This document shows, in pieces, positions 1 to 9,856 of a stretch of DNA of 64,000 nucleotides. The translations under genes were made by a program, and so were the position numbers. The notes under the pieces are model-generated. The model ran no database searches. It worked only from the letters and a program-made list of their open reading frames with translations, and was not told where the DNA came from. The stretch covers positions 23,344-87,343 of the forward strand of contig CAJLLT010000005.1 in assembly GCA_905207625.1 (NCBI GenBank), in the 5' to 3' direction. Source of the stretch: an uncultured Eubacteriales bacterium (lineage in GTDB: Bacteria; Bacillota; Clostridia; Oscillospirales; UBA644). The stretch's first letter is position 1; every line of letters starts with the position of its first letter.

Positions 1-514
1 GGATATCAAGAAGATGACCGATGCCACCGTATGGTGCGAAGCTGGCTTTGACAACTTCCGCGGCGGCGGCTTCCCCAGCCACTTTGTTACCCGTGCGGAG
101 ATGCCTGCGACAATGATCCGTCTCAACCTTGTCAAAGGTCTCGGCCCCGTGCTTCAGATTGCTGAAGGCTGGACCGTAAACCTTCCCGATGAAGTTACCG
201 ATACCCTTATGGAGCGCACCAATCCCACCTGGCCCTGCACCTGGTTCACCCCCCGTTGTGACGGCAAGGAAGGCAGCCCCTTCAAGAGTGCTTATGACGT
301 AATGAATAACTGGGGCGCAAACCACGGCGCAATATCCTACGGTCATATCGGTGCGGATCTTATCACGCTCTGCTCCATGCTCCGTATCCCCGTCTGCATG
401 CACAATGTACCCGAAGATAAGATCTTCCGTCCCGCAGCCTGGAATGCCTTCGGTATGGATAAAGAAGGACAGGATTACAGAGCCTGCGCCGCTTACGGTC
501 CGATGTACAAATAA
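1..514 (+). CDS. fucI: L-fucose isomerase, C-terminal part (5' end is upstream of the window)
   Basis: The frame is open from the window edge to TAA at 512-514. The tail [35 protein letters not shown] matches the conserved FucI C-terminus as I recall it. A strong terminator follows. Confidence 0.85.
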   Translation, partial: DIKKMTDATVWCEAGFDNFRGGGFPSHFVTRAEMPATMIRLNLVKGLGPVLQIAEGWTVNLPDEVTDTLMERTNPTWPCTWFTPRCDGKEGSPFKSAYDVMNNWGANHGAISYGHIGADLITLCSMLRIPVCMHNVPEDKIFRPAAWNAFGMDKEGQDYRACAAYGPMYK

Positions 515-552
515 GCAATACCCGGATCTGACCTGACACAATAAAAACTTTT

Positions 553-596
553 ATCCCCGGGAGATATGTTTTTCATATCTCCCGGGGATATTTTAT
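553..596 (+). terminator. Rho-independent terminator after fucI
   Basis: Perfect 16-bp inverted repeat ATCCCCGGGAGATATG / CATATCTCCCGGGGAT with a TTTTT loop, followed by ATTTTAT. Confidence 0.8.
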
Positions 597-616
597 ATCA
601 TCATATACAACCGGAA

Positions 617-643
617 TTCCCGCAGATACGTCGTCTGCGGGAA
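617..643 (-). terminator. Hairpin downstream of the GH27/zinc-ribbon operon
   Basis: 10-bp stem TTCCCGCAGA / TCTGCGGGAA with a 7-nt loop, just past the stop at 659. The T-tract is weak. Confidence 0.4.
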
Positions 644-658
644 TCATATCCGTGCTTT

Positions 659-874
659 TCAGTTGATTTTGTTGCAGTCGAAAAGGGTGCAGCCCATTTT
701 TTTGTACTGTTCCATTTTTTCACGGAGAGAACCGGCGGAAACTTCAAAATGCTTAGCCAGGCAGTCTATGCACATAAATCCGCTTTTTGCTCCCCGGTTT
801 ATCAGCTTTTTGTGAAGGGCAACCTCGTCGCTTTCCAAAGGTTTTCCGCAACGGGCGCATTTACAGCCCGACAT
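659..874 (-). CDS. Small Cys-rich zinc-ribbon-like protein, function unknown
   Basis: 71-aa ORF with CxCxxC (C4/C6/C9), CxxC (C35/C38) and CxxxxC (C62/C67). It starts 4 nt after the stop of the upstream GH27 gene, so it is probably co-transcribed. Confidence 0.55.
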   Translation of the reverse strand: MSGCKCARCGKPLESDEVALHKKLINRGAKSGFMCIDCLAKHFEVSAGSLREKMEQYKKMGCTLFDCNKIN

Positions 875-878
875 TCAC

Positions 879-1976
879 TTACACCCTGCCGGTAAGTCTG
901 AGCCGGTACATTTTACAGCCTTTCATAGGCACCGTAGAGATAAAGCTTTCCCGGAAAGATCCGACATTTTCGTGCTCGTAAAGGTCATACACGTCAAAAC
1001 CGTATCCGCTGTTGTCCGACAGCCCGACATCGGAGAAATCGACCCTTATTTTCTGGTTGAAAATATTCAGGTTCACAAGCAACAGAGCATATTCACCATT
1101 ATCGAGATGACGGAAAAATGCCATTCTTTCGCCCCTGTACCCGCCTGCAAGGAATGCGGGACGGGCTTCGGGATCCTGATCCACAGCTATTATTTCACGG
1201 TTGCAAAGTATCTCTTTGGCATCATCAGAAAGTTCTCTGATATCGCCGCCTATCATCAGCGGAGAAGCAAACATACTCCACCATGCAAACTCCAGTTTGC
1301 GACTCTCCTTGCTGCACACATCGCCTGTTCCCTCTTCCTTTTTCATGGCAACGGTAAGGGATCCGAGGTCGTTGAAGCACCCGGGCAATGCTGTTCCAAG
1401 TGAATCCATGCGACTCACCGCTACCCCGGAAAAAGATTCAAGGGTATCCGCAAAATCGGCAGAAGTGCGGATCATCTCCGCTCCCGCTTCCCTTGCCGCC
1501 GCAGTTGAGGAAACATCTCCGTCACAGCAACAAAGCACAGCCTCCGCCCCGACAGCAGTCAAAGCCATGCTCATTTTCGAGCAGTATTCCGCGCGTCTTA
1601 CGTCTTCCGGGACACTTTGCAGGTCTATCTGCACCAGATCCACAGACCAGTCCGAAAGAGTCTGCGCATCCGCAAACTCGTTACCCAGACTTCCGGAACC
1701 GATATACAAACCGAGCTTAAGTCCTCTGGAATGAAGTTGACCGGCAATATATTCCATGCCGTGGGGAAACTTTTCCGGGTCAGGGGCAAGAACGCCGTCA
1801 TTACGTTCCGCGCAAGCCCAACCGTCGGAAATCAGCACATATTCATATCCGCAATCCCGGAGTCCGGAAGAAACAAGGGCATCTGCGGACGCAAGTATAA
1901 CCTCTTCGGAAACGTTTTTACCGAAAGCTCTCCGGGAATCCCATCCCATTACGGGAGTTTTTACAGACATATCCAA
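879..1976 (-). CDS. GH27-like protein, divergent paralog of the two upstream alpha-galactosidases
   Basis: Collinear with the two neighbours, but the motifs are altered. It has PVMGWDSRRAFG (vs PPMGWNSWNTFG), LISDGW (vs IDDCW), LVQIDLQ (vs LKYDFC) and RTSADFAD (vs RSTGDIID). No signal peptide. Confidence 0.75.
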   Translation of the reverse strand: MDMSVKTPVMGWDSRRAFGKNVSEEVILASADALVSSGLRDCGYEYVLISDGWACAERNDGVLAPDPEKFPHGMEYIAGQLHSRGLKLGLYIGSGSLGNEFADAQTLSDWSVDLVQIDLQSVPEDVRRAEYCSKMSMALTAVGAEAVLCCCDGDVSSTAAAREAGAEMIRTSADFADTLESFSGVAVSRMDSLGTALPGCFNDLGSLTVAMKKEEGTGDVCSKESRKLEFAWWSMFASPLMIGGDIRELSDDAKEILCNREIIAVDQDPEARPAFLAGGYRGERMAFFRHLDNGEYALLLVNLNIFNQKIRVDFSDVGLSDNSGYGFDVYDLYEHENVGSFRESFISTVPMKGCKMYRLRLTGRV

Positions 1977-1984
1977 CCTCCGTC

Positions 1985-3109
1985 TCAGGCCTTGACTACC
2001 TTGACCTTATATATCCTGCATCCGTGAGCGGGAACTTCCACGCTGAAGCCCTCGGTGTACTTACCGATATTTTTCTGCTGATAAATATCAAACATATCGA
2101 AAGCGTAGCCGGAGTTGTCCGCAAGTCCGCAATCGCAGAAGAGCGTGTGTATTTTTTCCTTATACTGGCTGAAATTGACAAAAGCCAGGCAGTATTCGTT
2201 ATTGCTCAGATGACGGAAGAAAACAAGTCTGTCGCCCGTATATCCGCCCACAAGGAAAGGAGGTCTCGCCTCTTCGTCCTGATTTATGGCGATAAGATCC
2301 TGCATCATAAACGTCTTTTTTGTTTCGTAGTCCATATTGCGCACATCGCAGCCTATCATAAGCGGAGACATAAACAGGCACCACAGGGCAAAGTGCGTAC
2401 GGTATTCCTCTACGGAGCATCCTCCGTGGCCTACGTTTCCTCTTCCGTTCATACCCACAATGAGCATATCCAGGTCATTGTAGCAACCGATGCCGGAGTA
2501 GGAAATCTTGTCGATCTGGCTGAGGAATATATCCCTGTAAGAATTGAAGTTATCAATAATATCGCCTGTGGAGCGATAGATATGTGAACCGGTGGAACGA
2601 ATCCACTGTTCCACGTTGTCGCTGCCCCAGTTGCAGGCAGAGAAAAGTATATCTCTGCCGGTGGCTTTGAGAGCCATGGACATTCTGTAGTAAAGCTGAG
2701 GACCGTTTACGTCATCGGGCTTATGGCAGAAGTCGTATTTCAGGAAATCAACACCGAAATCAGCGAACATCTGAGCGTCAACGTATTCATATCCGAGGCT
2801 TCCAGGATATCCGGCGCAGGTCCAGTTTCCGGCGCAGGAATACATACCGAATTTAAGGCCCTTGCTGTGAATATAGTCCGCAAGGTATCTCATGCCATGG
2901 GGAAACTTGTTTTTATCTGTAACTATCTTGCCGTCAACTCTTCTTCTCTCAGACCAGCAGTCATCGATTACAACATACTCGTATCCGGCATCCCTAAGTC
3001 CGGTCTCAACCATAACGTCGGCGGTCTTCATAATAAGGTCTTCGCTTATATCTTCTCCGAAGGTATTCCAGGAGTTCCATCCCATAGGGGGTTTTTTAGC
3101 AAGCATCAT
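1985..3109 (-). CDS. GH27 alpha-galactosidase
   Basis: Motifs PPMGWNSWNTFG, VIDDCW, FLKYDFC (nucleophile motif) and YRSTGDIIDNF (acid/base motif) are present. 374 aa, no signal peptide. Confidence 0.85.
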   Translation of the reverse strand: MMLAKKPPMGWNSWNTFGEDISEDLIMKTADVMVETGLRDAGYEYVVIDDCWSERRRVDGKIVTDKNKFPHGMRYLADYIHSKGLKFGMYSCAGNWTCAGYPGSLGYEYVDAQMFADFGVDFLKYDFCHKPDDVNGPQLYYRMSMALKATGRDILFSACNWGSDNVEQWIRSTGSHIYRSTGDIIDNFNSYRDIFLSQIDKISYSGIGCYNDLDMLIVGMNGRGNVGHGGCSVEEYRTHFALWCLFMSPLMIGCDVRNMDYETKKTFMMQDLIAINQDEEARPPFLVGGYTGDRLVFFRHLSNNEYCLAFVNFSQYKEKIHTLFCDCGLADNSGYAFDMFDIYQQKNIGKYTEGFSVEVPAHGCRIYKVKVVKA

Positions 3110-3172
3110 TTCTGTTATTTTCCTTCCGAATTCTTATATTTTCCGGCGAGACTACTCTCATTGCCGCATCAC

Positions 3173-4315
3173 TTACGCTTTTTTAACGAGTTTCATTGTA
3201 TAAACCCGGCTCTCATGGGGCAGAAGAGTACGGCTGAATACCCCTTCTTTTCTTCCCGCAGGCTCATGGCTGTATGTATCATACATTTCCATTTCATAAC
3301 CCGAATTCTCCGCAAGACCCGCAAGCCGCAGATCCGCGTCTATCATCGCTTCCTCATCGGAATAGTTCAGGAACATCAGCGCAAATTTATTATCCGCAAG
3401 GAAGCGGAACAGCGCATACTGATGTTTTTCCGGATTGCCGCCGATATTGAAAGGATTGCGGCATTCCTCGTCCTGATCTATCGCGATCAGATCCCTGTTT
3501 TTGAGAATGTCAAGGGCCTCTTTCCGCATATTCCGGATGTCGCCGCCGATAAGCAGAGGATTGGCAAACATACACCATACGGCGAAGTGCGTCTGATACT
3601 CCATATCGGTACATCCACCGTTGGATACGTTACCCTTGCCGTCCATACCCACTACAAGCATATCAAAATCTATGTAACAACCGACTCCGGCACGGTTACT
3701 GTACTTGAAGTGCCCCTCGGACTGATTGCGAACGGACTGGAAGTTATCGGTGATATCACCGCAGATACGGAAAGCATCCGCACCGGCGCCTCTTATCCAG
3801 TTCTGGACATCGTAACTGCCCCAGTTGCAGGCGGCAAAGAGAATATCCCGTTCCACAGTTCCCAAAGCCAGGGACATGCGGTGATAGTTCATATTCTCCT
3901 CATCCCCGTCTATAAGTCCGCAGAAATCGTATTTCAGATAATCCACGTCCCAGTCGGCAAAGGTGTGGGCATCGGTAAACTCATGGTTGAAGCTTGCCGC
4001 AAAATCCATGCAGGTCCAGCGTCCGGAGCTTGAGTATATGCCGAATTTAAGACCTTTTCCGTGAATATAATCCGCAAGGTATTTCATTCCGTGGGGAAAC
4101 TTCTCCGGATGTGCAAGAAGTTTGCCGTCTATCCTTCCCCTGTCTCCGCCCTGACGGTTGGACCAGGTGTCATCCAGATTCAGATAGTTATAACCCGCAT
4201 CCGCAAGCCCGGTACTTACCAGGGCATCGGCGGTCTGCATTATCAGTTCTTCGGAAATATCCTTGCCGAAGGTGTTCCATGAGTTCCACCCCATGGGAGG
4301 TTTTTTTACAAGCAT
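3173..4315 (-). CDS. GH27 alpha-galactosidase paralog
   Basis: Motifs PPMGWNSWNTFG, LDDTW, YLKYDFC and FRICGDITDNF are present. 380 aa, no signal peptide. Confidence 0.85.
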   Translation of the reverse strand: MLVKKPPMGWNSWNTFGKDISEELIMQTADALVSTGLADAGYNYLNLDDTWSNRQGGDRGRIDGKLLAHPEKFPHGMKYLADYIHGKGLKFGIYSSSGRWTCMDFAASFNHEFTDAHTFADWDVDYLKYDFCGLIDGDEENMNYHRMSLALGTVERDILFAACNWGSYDVQNWIRGAGADAFRICGDITDNFQSVRNQSEGHFKYSNRAGVGCYIDFDMLVVGMDGKGNVSNGGCTDMEYQTHFAVWCMFANPLLIGGDIRNMRKEALDILKNRDLIAIDQDEECRNPFNIGGNPEKHQYALFRFLADNKFALMFLNYSDEEAMIDADLRLAGLAENSGYEMEMYDTYSHEPAGRKEGVFSRTLLPHESRVYTMKLVKKA

Positions 4316-4392
4316 TTTGCCTCCATGTCAGATTCAGTATTGTCAGGCACACGCAAAAACAGAAATCAGTTGCATCCCGTCTGCGGCAGCCC

Positions 4393-6528
4393 TTATTCTG
4401 TTATAACCACAAGTTCGTGAAGAGCTCTGGAGCAGGCAACATAAAGGTCCTGCTTCAGTTCCGGATCAGAGGTCCCGGGATCGGCGTTGTAAACTATTAC
4501 CCCGTCAAACTCCAGACCCTTTGTCAGATACAGAGGAATCACGGCGTTACAGCCGCTGTGCATCGACGAATCGGGATCGGTCAGTTTCAGTTCGGGAACT
4601 CTCTTCTGAAGCATACCGAAAACTTCTGCCGCTTCAGCTGCGGTACGGCATATAACGGCGTTTGAACGGAGTCCTCGTTTGACCCAATCGTTGATTATTC
4701 CTGCAATTTCGGACGCTTTGTCCGCCACTGTCAGAACCCTCGGCTCCTGTCCGTGACGGGACAGAAACTCTATGGTCTCGTCCGTGCTTCTGAATTTTTC
4801 GATGAAATTGTTTATCTCCACAGTAGAACGGTAACTCTTACGCAGATCAAACTGTTTGGGATTGGACGCATTGAAGAAGTCCGCAACACCGTTCAGATCA
4901 CATCCATAGCTTGTCAGGCGCTGATTTGCGTCACCGAGAATGGTAAACTTGGCCTGGGAACAAAGCCTGGAAAGTATCATGAAGATTATGGGAGGATAGT
5001 CCTGAGCCTCATCGACGACTACCTGCATTATCTTACGCTGAACCGGGACCTGTCCCGCAAGAAGCTGAAGCCAGAAACAGCAGAGCATGTCCTCAAAGCC
5101 GAGTTTTCCGGCAGAAGCCGCTTCGGAGGTACGTTTCCACAGGTCTTCCGGAGCAAAGGATTTCAGAGCATTCAGATACAGTTCGTAAACATCTATCGAC
5201 AATGCCGCTTCGAGATCCGAGGTCAGCCGGCGAAGAGTATCTATCCAGAACTGCTTTTTCTCATCCTCGATCTCGGAATCGCTGTAATTGAGGGACGTTG
5301 CCAGGGCACGGGCTTTCAGGTCTTTTTCAAACATTGCTATACAACGGCGTTTTATTCCGTTGTCGTTTTCCGCATGATCGGTAATCTTTGAAATTATCTT
5401 GCCTTTACGGATTTCCACGGAATACCCGGAATAATCTTCATTATACATCCGGCGGAGTTCCTCCGAAGTGACGATTACCGTATCCGCAAGCATGATATCA
5501 TTGAAAGGAATGTTTCCCGTGTGATGGTCGAAGTATTCCTTCAGTTTTTCCGCCGTATCGGCACTTCCCTTGTATGCTGCGTCGCTTTTCCGGACCGGAT
5601 CCGAAGTCATAGCCTCATACTGTTCGGCTATGCCGGAAAACTCCTTTCCGTAAAGATACTGTCGGAAGAAGGAGTAAAAATCAGTCTGAACGACCTTGTC
5701 CTCTCCGAGTTCGGGAAGAACGTCGGCAATGTAGGAATTGAACACCTTGTTCGGGGAAAAAATAACTATATTCCCGGAGGTCAGTGTCTTTCTGTATTTA
5801 TAAAGCAGATAAGCCAGACGGTGCAGAGCTATGGAAGTCTTGCCGCTTCCCGCCACGCCCCGGACAACCAGCAGATCGCCGGAAATATCACGGATTATGG
5901 AGTTCTGTTCCTTCTGGATGGTGGTAATTATGGTTTTGAGTTTGAGATCGGCAGCCTTACCCAGTTCGTCACGGAGAATACTGTCTTCGATGGCGATATC
6001 GCTGTCGAACATATAAACAAGTTTTGATTTGACTATCTTGAACTGGCGGCGGAGACGAAGGTCCACATCCACATCCCCGTACTGGGTGGAATAATGGGTA
6101 GGACCGAGGGGAGAATCGTAATACATGGAGCAGATGTCGGCGCGCCAGTCGCAGATAAGGACATCCGAACCGTCAAGCAGGGACAGATAGCCTATATAGA
6201 GGCTCTCCTCTTCCTTTTCGCCCTCTTCAAGGAAAGTGAGTTTCGCAAAATAAGGAGAATTACGCATTTTCTGAAGCTTTTCGATACGTTTCACAAAATC
6301 GTCGAAACGAAGCATATCTATTTCCTCAGACTGAGTGATCTGCGTCAGGTCCGCAAGTTGCTCCGCATCGAGATTTCCGTGGCTGAAATCGTCCCAGATA
6401 CGACGCCTTTCCTGCATAATATACTTACGCAGGTCGGTGGCATTCGTCTCCAGTTCATCGCGCATCGCGTCGATTTTTCTGATAACGCCGGACAGATATC
6501 TTTTCTCGGAGGAAAGGTCATTCGGCAT
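4393..6528 (-). CDS. helD: HelD-type UvrD-like helicase (RNA-polymerase-associated helicase IV family)
   Basis: Walker A VVRGVAGSGKTSIALHRLAYLLY, a DEAQD box (VVDEAQDY) and an N-terminal coiled-coil-like arm. Start moved to ATG 6526-6528, which has a GGGAGGG RBS; the ORF-track start at 6597 has none. Confidence 0.75.
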   Translation of the reverse strand: MPNDLSSEKRYLSGVIRKIDAMRDELETNATDLRKYIMQERRRIWDDFSHGNLDAEQLADLTQITQSEEIDMLRFDDFVKRIEKLQKMRNSPYFAKLTFLEEGEKEEESLYIGYLSLLDGSDVLICDWRADICSMYYDSPLGPTHYSTQYGDVDVDLRLRRQFKIVKSKLVYMFDSDIAIEDSILRDELGKAADLKLKTIITTIQKEQNSIIRDISGDLLVVRGVAGSGKTSIALHRLAYLLYKYRKTLTSGNIVIFSPNKVFNSYIADVLPELGEDKVVQTDFYSFFRQYLYGKEFSGIAEQYEAMTSDPVRKSDAAYKGSADTAEKLKEYFDHHTGNIPFNDIMLADTVIVTSEELRRMYNEDYSGYSVEIRKGKIISKITDHAENDNGIKRRCIAMFEKDLKARALATSLNYSDSEIEDEKKQFWIDTLRRLTSDLEAALSIDVYELYLNALKSFAPEDLWKRTSEAASAGKLGFEDMLCCFWLQLLAGQVPVQRKIMQVVVDEAQDYPPIIFMILSRLCSQAKFTILGDANQRLTSYGCDLNGVADFFNASNPKQFDLRKSYRSTVEINNFIEKFRSTDETIEFLSRHGQEPRVLTVADKASEIAGIINDWVKRGLRSNAVICRTAAEAAEVFGMLQKRVPELKLTDPDSSMHSGCNAVIPLYLTKGLEFDGVIVYNADPGTSDPELKQDLYVACSRALHELVVITE

Positions 6529-6645
6529 TGAATCAGCCCTCCCTTCGCCAGCTGTTCCGGATTCCTCCGGACAGATGAAAATACGTTGAAATTTCAATAA
6601 AAATATTATACATTACGGTATTATAAAAGTCAATAGAGTTTACAT

Positions 6646-7770
6646 TTATTTGCCATTTTGAACGGTGGCTGAAAACGCCAGAAAAAGCAACAGAGAAGCG
6701 ATTGCGACAAGCCCGGAAAATGCCGGAAAAAGAGGGGTTCCGGCCACGGATGTCGGGGTCTGGGCAAAGGCGGCGAAAGCCTTCGCGGAGGTGGGGACGG
6801 AAACCACAAATGACAGTCCGTATGTTATCGCGGCGGAGAGTCCGGACTGCATGAACTTACCCACGATATATGCCTTTGCGCTTATGCCTGCATCGCTGAT
6901 ATAGCTGAGGACCTGACAGTGCACGGAAAGCCCTGCCCAGCCCAGGACTGCGGCAGTCAGAGTAAGACTGCGGCGGAATGGTTCCTCAGCCCCTATCATT
7001 TTTATCCCCGAAGTAAACTCAACTATTCCGGACAGAAGATGTTCCCAGTCGGAACTGTTCAGGGGAAAAGGAATCTTTGCCAGAAATGATGCCGCCGCAG
7101 GGATAATCCCGAATGAGGAAAGCATTGCGATAACTATAGCGAAAAATACTATAAAAGCGGAAATATACACAAGGCTTACGGCAGAATCCCGGACAGCATT
7201 CACAAGGGTGGGCAAAAACCGGACCACACGTTCCCTTTTTGCTTCAGAGGGAGGACAGAACTCATCCGAACCCTTCCAGAAAAGTCCGAAAAATATTCCG
7301 GTTATCCCCGCCGCAGCCGTCTGCGCACTCCAGAGAAGCCAACCCACACGGGTACTGCTCCATATTCCGACCCCGACCGTTCCCAGAACAAAAGCCGGTC
7401 CCGCATTATTGCAGAATGCAAGGGTTCTCTCCGTTTCCGCCTTTGAGCACAGGCCTCTGCGATACAGGTCAATGGCGGTTTTGGCACCCACGGGAAAACC
7501 GGAAACTATGCCGAGAATAAATGCCGATGCCGCCGCGCCGCTCACGTTGAAAACGGGACGCATGACCCTGCCGAGGGCTTTCCCCGTGATCTCGGCAAAC
7601 CCAAACCCAACAAACAGGGAGGAAAAAACAAAAAACGGCAAAAGTGCGGGAATTATGGAAGAAAAGCACATACCGAGAGCTTCTTTGCCCGCAGACACAG
7701 CCTCGGTGGGGCATATCATCAGTCCTGCTATTCCCGCCACGGCAATTATTCCGAAAAGATACTTTTTCAC
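6646..7770 (-). CDS. ylbJ: Polytopic membrane protein, YlbJ-like (sporulation integral membrane / nucleoside-recognition family)
   Basis: Multi-TM protein with segments IIPALLPFFVFSSL, FILGIVSGFPVGAK and FCNNAGPAF that are typical of YlbJ as I recall it. GTG start with a GGAGG RBS. Confidence 0.6.
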   Translation of the reverse strand: MKKYLFGIIAVAGIAGLMICPTEAVSAGKEALGMCFSSIIPALLPFFVFSSLFVGFGFAEITGKALGRVMRPVFNVSGAAASAFILGIVSGFPVGAKTAIDLYRRGLCSKAETERTLAFCNNAGPAFVLGTVGVGIWSSTRVGWLLWSAQTAAAGITGIFFGLFWKGSDEFCPPSEAKRERVVRFLPTLVNAVRDSAVSLVYISAFIVFFAIVIAMLSSFGIIPAAASFLAKIPFPLNSSDWEHLLSGIVEFTSGIKMIGAEEPFRRSLTLTAAVLGWAGLSVHCQVLSYISDAGISAKAYIVGKFMQSGLSAAITYGLSFVVSVPTSAKAFAAFAQTPTSVAGTPLFPAFSGLVAIASLLLFLAFSATVQNGK

Positions 7771-7891
7771 CCCAGACCTCCGACTTTGCCTCTGACAAAC
7801 GGCACGTTACCGTTCAAGTATATGTTTAAGGGGACAAAAAATATCCGCCGGGAATCCCGACGGATATAATTTAAACATATTGTTTTATTTT

Positions 7892-9832
7892 TCAGCGGAC
7901 TTTGTCCCCCGCATTTGCCTTTTCGTCGGCAAACAGGACGTTTATCTCATCACCGTGGGAGGAAGCAAGAAGCATTCCCCGGCTTTCCTCTCCCCTGATC
8001 TTCGCAGGTTTGAGATTTTTGATCACAACCACCTTCCTGCCTGTAAGTTCGGAGGGAGTGTAACTTTTTGCTATACCGGAAACTATCTGACGTATCTCTC
8101 CGCCCACATCCACCTTGAGTTTGTACAGCTTATCGCTTTTCGCGACCTTCTCGCACTCAAGTATCTGTGCCACACGAAGATCCGCCTTCATGAAGTCTTC
8201 AATTCCTATTTCGGGAAGATCCGGTTCCGCGGCTTTTTCAACCTTTTCGGGCTCATGTTTTTCTTCCGCGGAAAGAAGCTCGACTTCCTTTGCGATATCG
8301 ATCCGGGGGAACAGGTTCTCACCCTTTACGACACGGAAAGAGGACGGAAGTCTGCGGAACTCCTCGGCGTCTTCCCACTTCTGGGCGGGGATACCGAGAA
8401 CCGCATATATTCTCTCAGACGTTACGGGCATTACCGGATACAGAAGTGTGGCGCATATTCTGATACATTCGCAAAGATTGCGCAGAACCGTCGCCAGTCT
8501 CGCCTTTTTACCCTCATCCTTCGCAAGCACCCAGGGAGCGGTCTGGTCAATATACTTGTTGGCTTTGTCCACAAGCTTGAATATTTCGGTAAGCGCCACG
8601 GAGAAGGTCATGCTGTCCATGAGCGGAGCAACATTTTTTGCCATGCCGGAAGCGAGGGTTACAAGTTCCTCATCCTCCGCAGAATCCTCCCCTTCACCGG
8701 GCAGAACACCGCCGAAATACTTCTCAACCATTGCCGCAGTCCGGGAAACAAGATTTCCCAAATCATTGGAAAGATCCGCGTTTATACGGGTCAGGAAGCC
8801 TTCAAAACTGTAGTTGCCGTCGGACCCGAAGGGCATCTCTCTGAGCAGGAAATACCTTACAGCGTCCGCAGAATACCTGTCGGACAGAAGTACGGGGTCA
8901 ACTATGCTCAGTGCTCCGCTGCCCTTACTCTTGGAAAGTTTGTCACCGTCAATTTTGAGCCAGCCGTGACCGTACACCTGCTTCGGAAGAGGCAGATCCA
9001 GAGCCATCAGCAACGCAAACCATATGATCGTATGGAACCGCACGATCTCCTTACCCACAAGATGAACATCGGCGGGCCAGTATTTCTTCATCAGGCTGTC
9101 GTCATCGGAAAGGTAGCCCAGTGCGGTGATATAGTTGGAAAGCGCATCTATCCAGACGTAGATCGTATGTTTATCGTCAAAGGAAACGGGAATACCCCAC
9201 TTTACCGACGTACGGGAAACGCACAGATCTTCCAGTCCGGGACGGAGGAAATTGTTGAGCATTTCGTTTACTCTCGTCTCCGGCTGAAGCAGGTGCGGAT
9301 TTTCCTCAAGCAGTTTTATCAGCTTGTCCTGGAAAGCGGACAGTTTGAAGAAATAGCTTTCTTCCTTGGTCTTTTCCACGGGTCTGCCGCAGTCCGGACA
9401 TTTTCCGTCCACAAGCTGATGCTCCGTCCAGAAGGCCTCGCAGGGGGAACAGTACAGTCCCTCATACTCGCTTTTGTAGATCAGACCTTTGTCGTAAAGG
9501 TTCCTGAATATTTTCTGAACGGCGGTAACGTGCGCAGGGTCGGTGGTCCTTATGAATTTGTCATATGAGATGTTGAGTATCTTCCACAGATCTTTTATGT
9601 CGGCAACGATGTCGTCCACGAATTGCTGGGGCGTTTTTCCCGCCGCAAGGGCTTTGCGCTCCACCTTCTGACCGTGCTCATCGGTACCGGTGAGAAAGAA
9701 CACATCATACCCCCGCATACGCTTGTAGCGGCTCATTGCGTCTGCGGCAACAGTAGTATAAGTGTGGCCTATGTGCAGTTTACCCGAAGCGTAGTAGATA
9801 GGGGTCGTAATATAAAACTTTTTGTTGTCCAT
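7892..9832 (-). CDS. metG: Methionine--tRNA ligase with C-terminal tRNA-binding (EMAP-like) domain
   Basis: HIGH motif (KLHIGHTYT), KMSKS-type KLSKSKG, Cys knuckles CSPCEAF...CPDCGRP and a C-terminal FMKADLRVAQILECEKV OB-fold tail. Confidence 0.95.
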   Translation of the reverse strand: MDNKKFYITTPIYYASGKLHIGHTYTTVAADAMSRYKRMRGYDVFFLTGTDEHGQKVERKALAAGKTPQQFVDDIVADIKDLWKILNISYDKFIRTTDPAHVTAVQKIFRNLYDKGLIYKSEYEGLYCSPCEAFWTEHQLVDGKCPDCGRPVEKTKEESYFFKLSAFQDKLIKLLEENPHLLQPETRVNEMLNNFLRPGLEDLCVSRTSVKWGIPVSFDDKHTIYVWIDALSNYITALGYLSDDDSLMKKYWPADVHLVGKEIVRFHTIIWFALLMALDLPLPKQVYGHGWLKIDGDKLSKSKGSGALSIVDPVLLSDRYSADAVRYFLLREMPFGSDGNYSFEGFLTRINADLSNDLGNLVSRTAAMVEKYFGGVLPGEGEDSAEDEELVTLASGMAKNVAPLMDSMTFSVALTEIFKLVDKANKYIDQTAPWVLAKDEGKKARLATVLRNLCECIRICATLLYPVMPVTSERIYAVLGIPAQKWEDAEEFRRLPSSFRVVKGENLFPRIDIAKEVELLSAEEKHEPEKVEKAAEPDLPEIGIEDFMKADLRVAQILECEKVAKSDKLYKLKVDVGGEIRQIVSGIAKSYTPSELTGRKVVVIKNLKPAKIRGEESRGMLLASSHGDEINVLFADEKANAGDKVR

Positions 9833-9856
9833 TTAAAGAACGTCCTTTTCGGATCC

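Noticed and set aside
2723-4033. 436-aa + strand ORF that runs antisense through two GH27 genes and the spacer between them.
   Set aside because: The translation is low-complexity and not protein-like, with no RBS or promoter. It lies exactly opposite well-supported genes. It is a shadow ORF, arising because the sense genes avoid TTA/CTA/TCA codons.
7880-9568. 562-aa + strand ORF opposite metG.
   Set aside because: It is antisense to an unambiguous metG. It has no motifs and no start context. Same shadow-ORF effect.
9833-9856. Expected T-box or other leader upstream of metG.
   Set aside because: Only 24 nt separate metG from the stop of the upstream oxidoreductase gene, so there is no room for a riboswitch. 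metG is probably co-transcribed.
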